64,000 nucleotides of DNA from an uncultured Actinomycetota bacterium (GTDB lineage Bacteria; Actinomycetota; Actinomycetes; Actinomycetales; Microbacteriaceae): positions 273,916-337,915 of the forward strand of contig OY970215.1 of the NCBI GenBank assembly GCA_963713945.1, in the 5' to 3' direction. Of the stretch, positions 38,454-49,170 are shown in pieces; within the stretch, counting starts at the first letter, position 1, and each line of letters opens with the position of its first letter. The translations under genes and the position numbers were made by a program. A model generated the notes under the pieces. The model made no database searches. It was not told the DNA's origin and was given only the letters and a program-made list of their open reading frames with translations.

Positions 38454-39227
38454 GTGGGGACTGTGACCAGCATCTCGGTGATCATCCCCGTCTACAACGA
38501 CGCAGCGCTCCTCACCGTCTGCCTCGACGCCCTCGCCCGGCAGACCCGGTTGCCTGATGAGGTGATCGTCGTCGACAACGCGAGCACGGATGCCTCCGCT
38601 CACGTCGCTCACTCGGCCGGCGCCCGTGTCGTGTTCGAACCGAAACGCGGCGTTCCTGCGGCGACGAGCGCCGGCTTCGATGCCGCTGAGGGAGACATCT
38701 TCGCCCGCCTCGACGCGGACTCGGTGCCGCCCGCGGACTGGCTCGAACGCATCGAGCGCGCACTCGAGGAGAATCCGAACGTTGCCGCGGTCACCGGCAC
38801 CGCCGATTTCTACGGCGGGACCGCGCTGAGCCGATGGTTCGGTCGCTCCTGCTACCTGGCGAGCTACTTCTGGGTGATGGAGCGACTCCTCGGGCATCCG
38901 CCGCTGTTCGGCTCGAACTACGCCCTCCGAGCGGACGCCTGGCGGGTGCTGCGGGAAGTGGCGCACCGGGACAGGGCTGACGTGCACGACGACCTCGACC
39001 TCAGCTTCCAGTTCCGACCGGGCATGACCGTGCACTTCGAGCCCGACCTCACCGTCTCGGTGTCAGCCCGCCCGTTCGAATCCTGGGCTGGCTTCGGCAA
39101 ACGGGTCTACTGGGGAGTCGTCACGGTTTCGGTGAACGTGCTCGCCGAGTCGCCGGTGCGGAGACGAGCCGCGCGACGCCAGGCGGCCCGCCCGACCCTG
39201 GAGGGCGGTTACTCCGGCGCCGGATAG
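38454..39227 (+). CDS. Family 2 glycosyltransferase
   Basis: GT2 N-terminus ISVIIPVYNDAALLTVCLDALARQT and motifs VVDNASTD and LDADS. The GTG start (38454 or 38463) is uncertain; the track start at 38151 is unlikely. Confidence 0.8.
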   Translation: MGTVTSISVIIPVYNDAALLTVCLDALARQTRLPDEVIVVDNASTDASAHVAHSAGARVVFEPKRGVPAATSAGFDAAEGDIFARLDADSVPPADWLERIERALEENPNVAAVTGTADFYGGTALSRWFGRSCYLASYFWVMERLLGHPPLFGSNYALRADAWRVLREVAHRDRADVHDDLDLSFQFRPGMTVHFEPDLTVSVSARPFESWAGFGKRVYWGVVTVSVNVLAESPVRRRAARRQAARPTLEGGYSGAG

Positions 39228-39826
39228 TTGGCGCTCTTGAGCAGTCCGGCGAGGTGCACCGCGTTCGCTGCGGCAGACGACACCGCGGATGCCGTGGCCT
39301 CTGGGGTTCTCTCGAGGTCCTTGTAGTCGGTGGTGTGCATGGCTTCACCGTTCCAGTACGACCCGCCCTGCGCAGGGATCGTGTATCCGTAGTCGTTGAG
39401 CGCCTGGAACAGGTCGGCGGTGACCTTGTGGGCTCCGTCCTCGTTGCCCACGACGCCGACCAGCGCCACCTTGCCGGCCAGGATCGGGCGTCCGGCATCG
39501 TCCGTCTCAGCCAGCTCGGCATCGAGCCGTTCAACGACGCGCGAGGCGACGCTCGACATGTGACCGGCCCAGATCGGAGCGCTGATCAGCAGGATGTCGG
39601 CGGCAAGGATTTTCTCGCGGATCGCCGGCCAGGCGTCACCGTCGCCCATGTCGGTCTTGACGCCGGGCTTCACATCGTGATCGACGACTCGAACTTTGTC
39701 GACGGCCACGCCGTGACCGCTGAGTGCCTCGAGGAACTGGTCCGCGAGGAGATCGCTGCTGGATGCATCGGGGGACGGGGTCAAGGTGCAGACAAGGGCA
39801 AAGGCGCTGAGCGATGAAGTGGTCAT
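39209..39826 (-). CDS. Flavodoxin-like NAD(P)H-dependent FMN reductase family protein
   Basis: ATG 39826 (MTTSSLSAFALVCTLTPSPD...). Flavodoxin-like fold motifs are present (ILLISAPIWAGHMSS, GNEDGAH). Confidence 0.7.
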   Translation of the reverse strand: MTTSSLSAFALVCTLTPSPDASSSDLLADQFLEALSGHGVAVDKVRVVDHDVKPGVKTDMGDGDAWPAIREKILAADILLISAPIWAGHMSSVASRVVERLDAELAETDDAGRPILAGKVALVGVVGNEDGAHKVTADLFQALNDYGYTIPAQGGSYWNGEAMHTTDYKDLERTPEATASAVSSAAANAVHLAGLLKSANYPAPE

Positions 39827-39947
39827 CGAACCAGTGAAACGGGGGCCCAAACCGTGCGTCAAGGGCCTTGCGTTCGGCGCGATCTTGCGCGGCTTGACCG
39901 CCGTGGTGTGTCCCGGCAGAATGGGCGTCCGACCCAGAGGAGAAGCG

Positions 39948-40163
39948 ATGAGCAACCCGCTCGACGACAACGAGAATGCACCGGACGACGCACTGCTCGG
40001 ACCCGGCAGCACAGCGACAGGTGGCGGCACCGCACAGGATTCCACCGGCGATCCGGATGCTCCCGGCACGTCCGCGTCTGACGGAGATAACCACATCCGT
40101 CCGCTCGACCAGGACGCCCCGGCGCAGCTCGCCGACGACCGGTTCCGTCACCCGGATCTGTAG
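39948..40163 (+). CDS. Hypothetical small acidic protein
   Basis: ATG 39948 is preceded by GGAGAAG. The product is 71 aa, Asp/Gly/Pro-rich and of low complexity. Confidence 0.4.
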   Translation: MSNPLDDNENAPDDALLGPGSTATGGGTAQDSTGDPDAPGTSASDGDNHIRPLDQDAPAQLADDRFRHPDL

Positions 40164-40286
40164 CGAGGCCGAGCCTCACCGTAGTCCCGTTGTCAAGGCC
40201 CTTGAGCAACCGAACTGCGCTGCTTAGCCTGAGGGAGTTCGGCCGCGGGAAACCGCGGATCGCCTAGACAGAAAGCGAGGGACCAT

Positions 40287-40460
40287 ATGGGACTCGGAGA
40301 CAAGATCGGCAACGCTGCTGAAGAAGGTACTGGCAAGGCCAAAGAAGGCATTGGCAAGGCGACGGACAACGAGCGCCTCGAGGCCGAAGGCCAGGCTGAC
40401 CAGTCCAAAGCCAATCTGAAGCAGGCCGGCGAAAACGTAAAGGACGCGTTCACCAACTAG
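40287..40460 (+). CDS. csbD: CsbD family stress protein (57 aa, below track cutoff)
   Basis: My translation: MGLGDKIGNAAEEGTGKAKEGIGKATDNERLEAEGQADQSKANLKQAGENVKDAFTN. This is the typical CsbD repeat pattern. Confidence 0.8.
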   Translation: MGLGDKIGNAAEEGTGKAKEGIGKATDNERLEAEGQADQSKANLKQAGENVKDAFTN

Positions 40461-40472
40461 TGACGCCTGATC

Positions 40473-40516
40473 AACAGTGGCCCGGGTTCCGCCTTAGCGG
40501 GGTTCGGGCCACTGTT
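40473..40516. terminator. Hairpin between convergent genes (candidate bidirectional terminator)
   Basis: AACAGTGGCCC ... GGGCCACTGTT is an 11-bp stem with an inner CCGC/GCGG stem. It lies between the csbD stop (40460) and the DUF1206-like stop (40546). Confidence 0.55.
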
Positions 40517-40545
40517 CTGTGTCTGGCGCCGACAGTCGCCGGGGG

Positions 40546-41427
40546 TCAGCGTTCGCCCACCGACGTCACCACCATCGGCCCCCGCCGCAGGAACCTCGCG
40601 CGCGCGAACAGGTAGCAGCCGTAGGCGATGAATCCGCTCGCGACGATCACGAGCAGCAGCCCCCCGCCGAGCGGAACGGTCGCCACCCATTTGAGAGCGC
40701 CATCAAGACCCCGTGCCGGACCGGGATCGGTGAAGACGGCGGATGCGAGAAACAGGACCCCGGTGACCACCAGGGCAAGACCTTTCGCCACGTGGCCGAC
40801 GACGCCCAGCGCATCGACGGACCGGGAGAGGGTGCCCTCCAGCGGTTCCAGCTCCTCACGGAAGTTGCGGGTAACTCCGCGGAAGACGAGCGTGCCGCCG
40901 ACGGTGCCGACGAGTACGCCCACCGCGGCGAGGACGAAGACACCGCCAGGGCTACCGAGCAAAAACGCGCTCAGACCCTGCCACGTCTCTGAGGCGTTCG
41001 ATCGTCCGCCGAGTGCGTAGAAGCCAACCACGAACGCGATGGCCGCGAAGCCGAGGGCTTTTGCCACGTTGGTGATTCGCCGCATGATGACGAGTCGTCG
41101 CTTCTTCGACACCACCTGTGCGGCCTCGGTCCACTGGAGCAGCGCCAGTCCGAACAGCGCGATTGTTGCGGCCCACAGCAGGAATGGGCCACCGGGGATA
41201 TCCGAGACCGTCCGCAGGGCACCGGACTGGTCCGCGTCAGCCCTGCTTCCCCAAGCCACGCCAATGCCGATGGAGCCGATGAGCACGTGGATGACCCCGT
41301 TGGCGATGAGTCCGGCGCGACCGAACCCGCGCACCTTGGGGTCACGGTTGGCTCGACGGGCTGCGTCCTTCATGTCGTCGCGCCTGCGGTCGGACTCGTC
41401 CGCGCTCGACTCAACGGAGGGGACCAC
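40546..41427 (-). CDS. DUF1206-like membrane protein
   Basis: 293-aa track ORF with repeated TM-pair modules (RAGLIANGVIHVLIGSIGIGVAWG and similar). The start could instead be ATG 41373. Confidence 0.6.
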   Translation of the reverse strand: MVPSVESSADESDRRRDDMKDAARRANRDPKVRGFGRAGLIANGVIHVLIGSIGIGVAWGSRADADQSGALRTVSDIPGGPFLLWAATIALFGLALLQWTEAAQVVSKKRRLVIMRRITNVAKALGFAAIAFVVGFYALGGRSNASETWQGLSAFLLGSPGGVFVLAAVGVLVGTVGGTLVFRGVTRNFREELEPLEGTLSRSVDALGVVGHVAKGLALVVTGVLFLASAVFTDPGPARGLDGALKWVATVPLGGGLLLVIVASGFIAYGCYLFARARFLRRGPMVVTSVGER

Positions 41428-41535
41428 GGGTCACCGCCTGGGAGATGGAGCAGCGACGCGGTCTGAGTGGGGATGTCACATCCTCATCCTAGGAAGCCGC
41501 GCGGGTTGGCGAGACCCGTAGGCGACATCCGGCCG

Positions 41536-41802
41536 TTACTGGTAGGTGCGGACGATGACCCATTCGGATTCGGTGTGCACCGCGTCGACGACGACGGACT
41601 CCCCGGACTCGTCCGTGGCCTGAAACCTCCAGCCGATGCGAACGAGAGGGGAATGGGTCATCAGCGGATGCAGGTACTCCGGTTCACCGTAGAGCCCGGT
41701 CGGCGTGTCAGAGACACGCCAGCGTCGCTCTCGCCAGAACATCCGCAGCGGGCGAGTCCCGTCTGTCCAGATCGTCGCGGTTCGATCCGTTATCGTGTCC
41801 AT
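41536..41802 (-). CDS. Hypothetical conserved small protein
   Basis: 88-aa track ORF (…RWRVSDTPTGLYGEP…IGWRFQATDESGESVVVDAVH…). No family is confidently recognised. Confidence 0.5.
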   Translation of the reverse strand: MDTITDRTATIWTDGTRPLRMFWRERRWRVSDTPTGLYGEPEYLHPLMTHSPLVRIGWRFQATDESGESVVVDAVHTESEWVIVRTYQ

Positions 41803-41930
41803 GAATGCCTCATTCGTAGATATGTTCGAATGTTAAAGAAGCATAGACACGATTCGGCGACACGCCAAACATTCCGGCCCCACTCCGCCAGGAGGGTCAT
41901 TGTCAGCTTGCCTGCGTAGGCTTGGCGGCT

Positions 41931-42591
41931 ATGCGAATCCTCTTCATCCGCCACGGACAGACGCCGGCCAACGTGCTGGGCCAGCTGGATACGGCTCACC
42001 CCGGTCCTGGGACTCACCGCGTTGGGACATCGGCAGGCCGAGGCGATTCCCGACGCCCTGCGCGCCGAGCAGATCGGGGGGATTTTCGTCTCCACGCTGG
42101 TGCGCACGCAGCTCACGGCGGCGCCCCTGGCGCGCGACAGGTCCCTGGAACGGGACGTGATCGACGGCATCCATGAGATCGAAGCCAGCGACCTCGAGGG
42201 AAAGAGCGACTATGCCGCGGGCCAGACCTATCTGGAGACCGTCGTCTCGTGGGCGAGCGGTGACCTCGACCGGCCCATGCCCGGCGGGCCGAATGGCCAC
42301 GATTTCTTCGGTCGCTTCGATTCCGCTGTCGATGCCATCAGCGCGCAGCACAAGGGCACGGTTGCGGTCGTGAGCCACGGAGCAGCGATCCGCACCTGGG
42401 CGGGAGCCCGCGCGAGCAATGTCGACGCCGACTACGCAGCAGAGCACGCCCTGTCGAATACCGGCGTGGTCATCGTTCGGGGCAGCGCTCGTGCTGGCTG
42501 GATCGTCGAGGAATGGGATGGTGAACCGGTCGGCGGTCCGGCACTGGATGATGACTCAGCGGACGACCCGACCGGCGAACCACTCCGCTGA
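41931..42591 (+). pseudogene. Histidine phosphatase (phosphoglycerate-mutase-like) family protein, frameshifted
   Basis: The N-terminus MRILFIRHGQTPANVLGQLDTAHPGPG (RHG motif) is in the frame of ORF 41922... The remainder (LGHRQAEAIPDAL...VSHGAAIR) is in ORF 42022..42591. Removing one G from GGG at 42009-42011 restores ...GPGLTALGHRQAE... Confidence 0.75.
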
Positions 42592-42607
42592 GCCTGTGCT
42601 CGTGCGG

Positions 42608-43588
42608 TCAGGCCGAAAGCGGCCTCCCGCCGGTATCGACGCGCCCCTCAGCGATCAACCACTCGAGTCCATCGGCGATGGCCGCCGCAGAGGAGTATCG
42701 CGGGGTGTAACCGAGGTCTGCAACCGCAGCCGCGATGCTCATCGACGGACTTCTGCTGACGTGGTCGAGGGTGGCGGCGGCATGCTCGGAAGGAATCTGC
42801 GCGAGGAACTCGTCGAGAGGCAGATACTCGAGGGCGGGCTCCTGTCCGAACCAGCCGGATGCCGTCTCGGCAATACCGCGCAGCGTCATCGCGCGCGCAG
42901 AGACGGCGTGGTAGCTCTTCCCCGCTGCAACCTCGGGTCGTTCGGTTGCGAGCTGGAAGAGCTGGGCGACATCGTCGGCGTGCACGTGATGCACGGTTTC
43001 GAGGCCCTGGTTCGGCAGGGTCAGGGGCGATCCGGCGGCGAGCGTCTCCCAGACACCGAGATCGAAGTTGCCCGCCGCGTTGACCATCGGCCAGCCGCGG
43101 CCGGTGATGTGCCCGGGGTGCAGAACGGTCGACGGGAGTCCCCCGTCCCGGTTCGACTCCTCCATCAGAATTGATTCGATCGCGGCCTTGCGGACACCGT
43201 ATTCGCCGAACGGCCGACGCTCGTCAGCCTCGGTCGTCGGAACGGCAACGCCCGCTCCGTGCACCCAGATCGTGCCGCAGCTCACAAGGTGGCCCACCCG
43301 CCCCCGCAGGGCGTCGACGAGCTGGCGGGCCGAGTCCTCGGTGAAGCACATCATGTCGATGACGATGTCGGCCTCGAGGTCTGCGACGGCGCGCGCGAAT
43401 GAGCCATCAGCATCCCCGGCATCTCGGTCCAGTTCGACCCGCGTGACCCGCGCCCACGCGTCGTCCTCGTGGTAGGGAGCGCGTAGTCCCCGGCTGATCG
43501 CGACGACATCGTGGCCCGCGTTGACGAGCCGGGGCACGAGGTATCCCCCGACGTGACCGGTCGCTCCGATGACAATGATCCGGGACAT
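42608..43588 (-). CDS. NAD-dependent epimerase/dehydratase (SDR) family protein
   Basis: ATG 43588. The Rossmann motif is IIVIGATGHVGGYLV. Confidence 0.8.
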   Translation of the reverse strand: MSRIIVIGATGHVGGYLVPRLVNAGHDVVAISRGLRAPYHEDDAWARVTRVELDRDAGDADGSFARAVADLEADIVIDMMCFTEDSARQLVDALRGRVGHLVSCGTIWVHGAGVAVPTTEADERRPFGEYGVRKAAIESILMEESNRDGGLPSTVLHPGHITGRGWPMVNAAGNFDLGVWETLAAGSPLTLPNQGLETVHHVHADDVAQLFQLATERPEVAAGKSYHAVSARAMTLRGIAETASGWFGQEPALEYLPLDEFLAQIPSEHAAATLDHVSRSPSMSIAAAVADLGYTPRYSSAAAIADGLEWLIAEGRVDTGGRPLSA

Positions 43589-43673
43589 GGTTTCCTTCCG
43601 CAGGCGAGTGGATGCGCCCGATCCTATGCCAGAGCCGCCCGCGACCTGCTGGCGCAACGGGGGGTCCGCGGGG

Positions 43674-44862
43674 TTATGTGGTGAGGGATGCGTCGTGTTC
43701 GGCGTGCGCGCGCTGCAGCAGTGCCATGAGTTCGGCCTCGTCCCGCACCCACTGCCGGTACTTCGGCTGGAGTGAGCGAATCGCTTCTTCCTCCAGCAGG
43801 AGTTTGGCGAAGATGCGGTCGCGCTCGGCCTGGTCGGCCGTGTAGTCGAGGTCGACGTATGCGGTCGCGTGGCGGCGGGCCCCGGAGATCGCGGCGTGCG
43901 CCTTCCCCTTCGGGCTCACGATCGATGCGACGACGGTGACGATGAGCACTCCGAGGATGACGGTGAGCGACAATCCGGTGCTGATCTCAACGACGGGCAC
44001 CGGCTCGCCCTCGTTGATGAAGGCGACATTGTTCTCGTGGAGGGCGTGCAGCACCAGCTTGACACCGATGAAGGCGAGGATCGCGGACAGCCCGTACGAG
44101 AGGTAGACCAGGCGGTCGAGCAGACCGTCGATGAGGAAGTAGAGCTGCCGCAGGCCCAGTAGGGAGAACGCTGTGGCGGTGAACACGATGAAGACGTTTT
44201 GGGTAAGACCGAATATCGCCGGAATCGAGTCGAGTGCGAAGAGAATGTCGGTGCCGCCGATGGCCACCATCACGAGAAGCATCGGGGTGAGGACCCGCTT
44301 GCCGTTCTCCTGGGTGAAGAGTTTGTCGCCGTCGTAGTGCTCCGATGTCGGGAGGACTTTCTTCGCGAGTCGGATGATGAAATTGTCCGCCTCATCCGCT
44401 TCGTCCTTTTTCGGTTTGAGCATGTTCCCGGCGGTGAGCAGGAGAATGAGACCGAAGAAGTAGAACACCCAGGCGAAGGTGTTGATCAGGGCTGCGCCGA
44501 GGAGGATGAACCCGGCGCGAGCGATGAGCGAGAACACGATCCCGAACAGGAGGACTTTCTGCTGGTCCTCGCGGGGCACCCGGAAGCTCGACATGATGAT
44601 CAGGAAAACGAAGAGGTTGTCGACGGAGAGGGCCTTCTCGGTGATGTAACCGGCAAAGTATTCAGAACCGGGATCCGGACCTCCGAAGATCAGGATGCCC
44701 AGCCCGAAGAGGATCGGCGATGCCGACGTAGATCGACGACCAGACCGCTGCTTCCCCGAGGGTAGGAATGTGCGCCTTGCGAACGTGGAAGATGAAGTCG
44801 AATGCCAGCAGCGCCACGATGAAGACGATCGTCAGGGTCCAGACCAGCGGCGAGATTTCCAT
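43674..44862 (-). pseudogene. terC: TerC family integral membrane protein, frameshifted
   Basis: The N-terminal 50 aa are in ORF 44662..44862 (MEISPLVWTLTIVFIVALLAFDF...). The continuation ...ILFGLGILIFGGPDPGSEYFAGYITEKALSVDNLFVFLIIMSSFRVP... is in the frame of ORF 43674..44594. The switch is near 44711-44718. Confidence 0.75.
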
Positions 44863-44928
44863 CGACAGCGCCTTCCTCGAGATGGCGGGCCAGCGCCCAT
44901 TTCAGGCGTGCACTCCGGCTCATCGCCA

Positions 44929-45432
44929 TCAGCGTATCGTCAGCCGCGCGAGCTGCCCAACCGTCGCAAGAGACCGGCAAGTTGAGCCTGCTGCTGAGTG
45001 CGAGAGAACCTGCAGCTCCTCGGCCTCCAGCTGAACCAGGGCGATCATCGCGGCGTCCACCCGTTCCAGTCCTTCCGCCGTCAGCCGGGCGAGGTTGCTC
45101 CGCCCGTCGTTCGGGTTGGGCTTGCGCGCGATGAGGTCGCGCGCCGCGAGGTTCTCGAGGCGGTTGGTCATCGCGGCGGTGCCGATCATCGTCGCCCGGG
45201 AGAGTTCCATCGGGCTCATCTCGTGGGGCGGCTCGGCCCGGCGGAGTGCCGCGAGCACGTCGAATTCCCAGCTGGTCAGCTCGGCACCGCGAAAGGCGGC
45301 CGTGCGAAGTTCGTTGAGCCGGAGAGCGACGCGGCGGAGCCGGGACATGACATCCAGCGGCGCGAAGTCCACACCGGGCAGACGATCGGCCCAGGCGTCC
45401 ACCAGCAGGTCTACTTCGTCGTCATCGTTCAC
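44929..45432 (-). CDS. MarR family transcriptional regulator
   Basis: GTG 45432 (VNDDDEVDLLVDAW...). The wHTH region is MSPMELSRATMIGTAAMTNRLENLAARDLIARKPNPNDGR. It lies directly upstream of terC. Confidence 0.75.
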   Translation of the reverse strand: MNDDDEVDLLVDAWADRLPGVDFAPLDVMSRLRRVALRLNELRTAAFRGAELTSWEFDVLAALRRAEPPHEMSPMELSRATMIGTAAMTNRLENLAARDLIARKPNPNDGRSNLARLTAEGLERVDAAMIALVQLEAEELQVLSHSAAGSTCRSLATVGQLARLTIR

Positions 45433-45604
45433 TGTTGCTCCAGTTTGGCCGGGCTCACCTGACGGGTGTGCCGGATGGCCGCTCTCCGCAGGTAGTCGTC
45501 GATTGCACCATATACCGTGGGGAAATCGCGCGCGCCATGCGGCGGGCGGTGAGAGCACTCATGCGGCGGGTCTGCTCGTGTGCGGCACGCGGGGACAACC
45601 TCGC

Positions 45605-46486
45605 CTATGCCCTCGACAGCATCCGCTCGGCGGCAGCGCCCAGCGCGGTCGCGACACGGTCGAGCGCACCGATCCGCAACGCCCACTGCTGCCAGTAGAG
45701 CGCCACGTCGACCACGTCTCCCGCGTCAAGCTCGACCAGTTCACCACGAGCGACGAGTTCCGCAGACTGCTGGTCGGGCAGCATGGCCCAGCCGAAGCCG
45801 AGCCGAACGGCCTCAGCGAAGTCTGCCGAACTGGGGACGAAGTGCCGCGGAGGGTCTAGCGGAACCCGTGAGAAGGTCCGCAGGTAGCGGTGCTGAATAT
45901 CGTCCTTCCGGTCGAAGACGACCACGGGCGCCGCGGCGAGTGAGCGGGCATCCACCCCGTTCTGGAACCATCGGGAGATGAAGTCGGGGGATGCCATCGG
46001 CCGGTAGTGCATGATGCCGAGGGGTGTCGACGTGCATCCCTGCACGGGCCGCGCCTGGGTCGTGATCGCTGCCATGACCGTGCCACTCCTGAGCAACTCA
46101 GCCGAGTGGTCCTGATCTTCGCGATGAATGTCGAAGGTGACCTCGTGCGCGAGTTCGGCGAGCGCGGGCATCACCCAGGTCGCGAGCGAGTCTCCGTTGA
46201 TGGCGAGGGACACATTCGGCCACGCTCCGGCCGACCCGTTGGTGGTTTCAGCAGCGGCGTCCGCGGTCAGTATTTCGATCTGCCGGGCGAGCCTGAGGTA
46301 GGTGAGCCCGACCGAGGTTGCCGTGATCGGTTTGCTGCGCAGGACGAGAACGCCGCCAACGGTGTTCTCGAGGGCACGGATCCGCTGGCTGATCGCTGAC
46401 GGCGTCACGTGCAGTGTTCGTGCAGCTGCCTCGAAAGTGCCGCCATCCACTGCAGCGGCCAGTGCCTGCAATTGCGAGAGATCCAT
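45605..46486 (-). CDS. argP: LysR-type regulator of the ArgP/LysG subfamily
   Basis: The N-terminal HTH is LSQLQALAAAVDGGTFEAAARTLHVTPSAISQRIRALE. It is divergent from a LysE-family exporter gene, the classical pairing. Confidence 0.8.
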   Translation of the reverse strand: MDLSQLQALAAAVDGGTFEAAARTLHVTPSAISQRIRALENTVGGVLVLRSKPITATSVGLTYLRLARQIEILTADAAAETTNGSAGAWPNVSLAINGDSLATWVMPALAELAHEVTFDIHREDQDHSAELLRSGTVMAAITTQARPVQGCTSTPLGIMHYRPMASPDFISRWFQNGVDARSLAAAPVVVFDRKDDIQHRYLRTFSRVPLDPPRHFVPSSADFAEAVRLGFGWAMLPDQQSAELVARGELVELDAGDVVDVALYWQQWALRIGALDRVATALGAAAERMLSRA

Positions 46487-46557
46487 GAACAGCAATGCTA
46501 ATGCACCCGTAGAATCCGTAGCTGGCCTTATGCGAGTTCTGTCTCTAGCGTGGAACC

Positions 46558-47164
46558 ATGCTCGTTCCCCTGCTGGCCGGACTCGGCCTCGGCCTCTCCC
46601 TCATCATCGCGATCGGCGCCCAGAACGCGTTCGTGTTGCGTCAGGGCATCCGGCGGGAGCACATCATCACAATCGTCGCCATCTGCGCCGTCTCCGATGC
46701 CGTGCTGATCGCTCTGGGCATCTGGGGCCTTGGCGCGATCATCGAGCAAGCGGGATGGCTGCTCACGGTCGTCCGGATTGCCGGGGCCGCGTTCCTGGTC
46801 TGGTACGGCGTGCGGTCGGCGATCCGCGCAGCCCGCCCGGGCAGCCTCGACACGAGCCCCGCCGGTGCGCCGGTGCCTCTGCGAACCGCGATCTTCACCG
46901 CGCTCGCGCTCACCTGGCTGAACCCTCACGTGTACCTCGACACGGTTGTGCTCCTCGGGTCGATCGGCGCGACCTACGGTGACGGCCGGTGGTGGTTCGC
47001 GTTCGGCGCCGCCCTCGGCAGCGTCGCCTGGTTTGCGGCGCTGGGTTTCGGATCGAGGCTCCTCGGACCGGTCTTCTCCAGGCCCGTCTCCTGGCGCATC
47101 CTCGACGCCCTGATCGCGGTCGTCATGATCGCCATCGCGGCAGAGCCTGCTCCTGGGCATTTAG
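46558..47164 (+). CDS. lysE: LysE/ArgO family basic amino-acid exporter (3' end uncertain)
   Basis: The N-terminus LLAGLGLGLSLIIAIGAQNAFVLRQGIRREH is typical of LysE. The track frame runs on to 47352, adding a non-membrane tail that overlaps the convergent GH127 gene. A frame switch near 47140 would end the protein as ...QSLLLGI at TAG 47162-47164, about 200 aa. Confidence 0.65.
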
Positions 47165-47204
47165 CGGCAGGACGGGACACTCGAGTTCACTTCCAGAGCT
47201 CAGC

Positions 47205-49132
47205 TCATCCGGAGACCGTGTTCCCGTCGACCGGCAACCACACGCGCATCGTCGACGGACCTCGGTTCGCCCACGAATGGTATGGCTGGAGGCGCACATG
47301 TTCCGTCTCGGGCGAGATCTCTGGCGTATCGACACCATACGGCCACGCGTGATCGGAGACAGTCATTCGGTGGACGGCGATGGTCACCTCTCCCCCGGAA
47401 TCCCGGATGCCCCCAGTGGCGCGCAAGTCATCGACGCTCGTCGAACTGGGGATGTCCGTGGACTCGAGACACATAACGAGAGGGCCGCGCTCAACAGCGA
47501 GCTGGCCTCGAAGGGCGTCGATCCGGGGATCGGGTGCGGTCCAGCGCGCATCGACGGGAAGCGTGAGAATGATCTGGTCGCCGATTTCGAACGCCCGACG
47601 GAGTGACACCGTTCCCGGGGCCACGTCGCGCGTTTCTCCGTTTGTGCGGAGCGATGCACCCGTTCGAGCCCAGGCCGGAACCCGAAGCGAGAGCTCCCAT
47701 TCGCCGCAGATGGTCTCGGTAACAACGAACCGAATTTCCCCATCTGTCGGATAGTTCGTCTCGACTCGGACCGCGACCACCCCGCCGGCGAGGGTCGCAG
47801 ACACCTCGCCTGCGGCGTACTGGTGCACCTGGACACCGTCTACGGTCGATGTCGCGAAATACGAGCCGAGCGACGCGAGTGTACGGGCCACGTTCGTGGG
47901 GCAGCACGAGAACATCGAACCAGGGCGCTCGCAGGCTGGATGACGCGCGCGGACTGGCTTCGTCTTCGGACGGCGTCGAACCCGGCTCCCGCTGGTGGAG
48001 GGTGTTCGTGTAGTAGAAGGCGCGGCCATCCGCGGCCGGTGACGTGGCGACGACGTTGAACAGGGTGCGTTCGATCAGGTCGGCGTAGCGCGGGTCTCCC
48101 GTCCTGAGCAGCAGGCGGTAGTTGAGCATGATTGATCCGATGCCGGCACAGGTCTCGGAGTATGCCCGATCGCTCGGCAACTCGAAGTCGGCGCCAAAGG
48201 ACTCGCCCTCGTGGTGAGCTCCCATCCCGCCGGTCAGATACGTTCGCCGGGCGACCGTTCGTTCGAGTTGCGATGCGACGGCCTCGATGAGCTCGTCTTG
48301 CTCGTCTTCGACACCGAGGTCAACAGCACCGGCGGCCAGGTAGACGGCGCGGACGCGCATGCCCGCGCAGCACGTCGGCGTCGCGGACGGGCACGTCGTC
48401 CTGGTAATAGCTGCGGCCGAGTTCGATGTCCCCAAGCACTCCGTGTCCGCGGCGGTCGATGAACAGCTTCGCTTGGTCGATGTACCGGCGATCGCCGGTG
48501 TACCGGCCGAACTCGATGAGCGCCATCTCGACCTCGGGGTGGCCACAGACGGATTCGATGCCACCCTCGCCGAAGACTTCGCAGACGTGGTCGGCTGCGC
48601 GGCGGGCCATCCGGACGAAGGCATCCTCTCCCACGGTGCGGCCGCGCGCCACCGCCGCCTGCAGGAGGTGGCCGTAGCAGTACAGTTCATGTCCCCACTG
48701 GAGATCGGAATAGCGCTCGTCCTGACCTGGGCGACCGAATCTGGTGTTGAGGTATCCGTCCGACTCCTGGACCGGTTCGATGCGGGCGACCAGGGCCAGG
48801 AACCGGGCGTCGAGTTGCTCGTCGTGCGTGCGGCCGATTTCCCAGGCCATGGCTTCCATCAATTTGTAGACATCCGAGTCGGAAAACTCGCGCCCCGTCC
48901 GGTCGGCCGGCAGCCGCCCCTCGACGGCAGCATCGAAGTTGCCGATCCAGCCCACCTTCTCCATCCAGGCTTCGCAGTGGGCGATGATCGCCGAAGCGTT
49001 TAGCTCCTGCTTCTCGGCCCAGAACCCTCCGTCGATCCGGACCTGCGCCAGCGACAGCGGGTTGAGCGCCCCGCTGGACGGGTCGACAGGGATGGAAGTG
49101 GTTGAGGTGGTCGTGTCGGTGTGCACAGTCAT
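47205..49132 (-). pseudogene. GH127 (DUF1680, beta-L-arabinofuranosidase-like) glycoside hydrolase, two frameshifts
   Basis: Three consecutive minus-strand ORFs (48320..49132, 47491..48690, 47205..48029) read as one GH127-like protein that includes the SCCPTNVAR motif. Frame switches lie near 48352-48358 and 47908-47914. Confidence 0.8.
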
Positions 49133-49170
49133 GGAGTCTCCAATTGGGGAGTGTCGAGTAAGAATCGGGG

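Noticed and set aside
39074-39083. GTTCGAATCC, a tRNA T-loop-like string
   Set aside because: It lies inside the GT2 coding sequence. Flanking bases do not form a T-stem or acceptor stem. No tRNA was found in the window.
41814-41829. SOS-box-like TCGTAGATATGTTCGA, 12 nt upstream of the 88-aa ORF (actinobacterial LexA consensus TCGAAC-N4-GTTCGA)
   Set aside because: Only one half-site is perfect and the other matches 4 of 6 positions. A single TCGAAC hexamer is expected many times by chance in 64 kb. It is worth a look only if a genome-wide LexA scan supports it.
44863-44928. Possible yybP-ykoY (Mn) riboswitch upstream of terC
   Set aside because: Only 66 nt separate the MarR stop from the terC start. 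That is too short for the riboswitch, and I saw no matching conserved helices.
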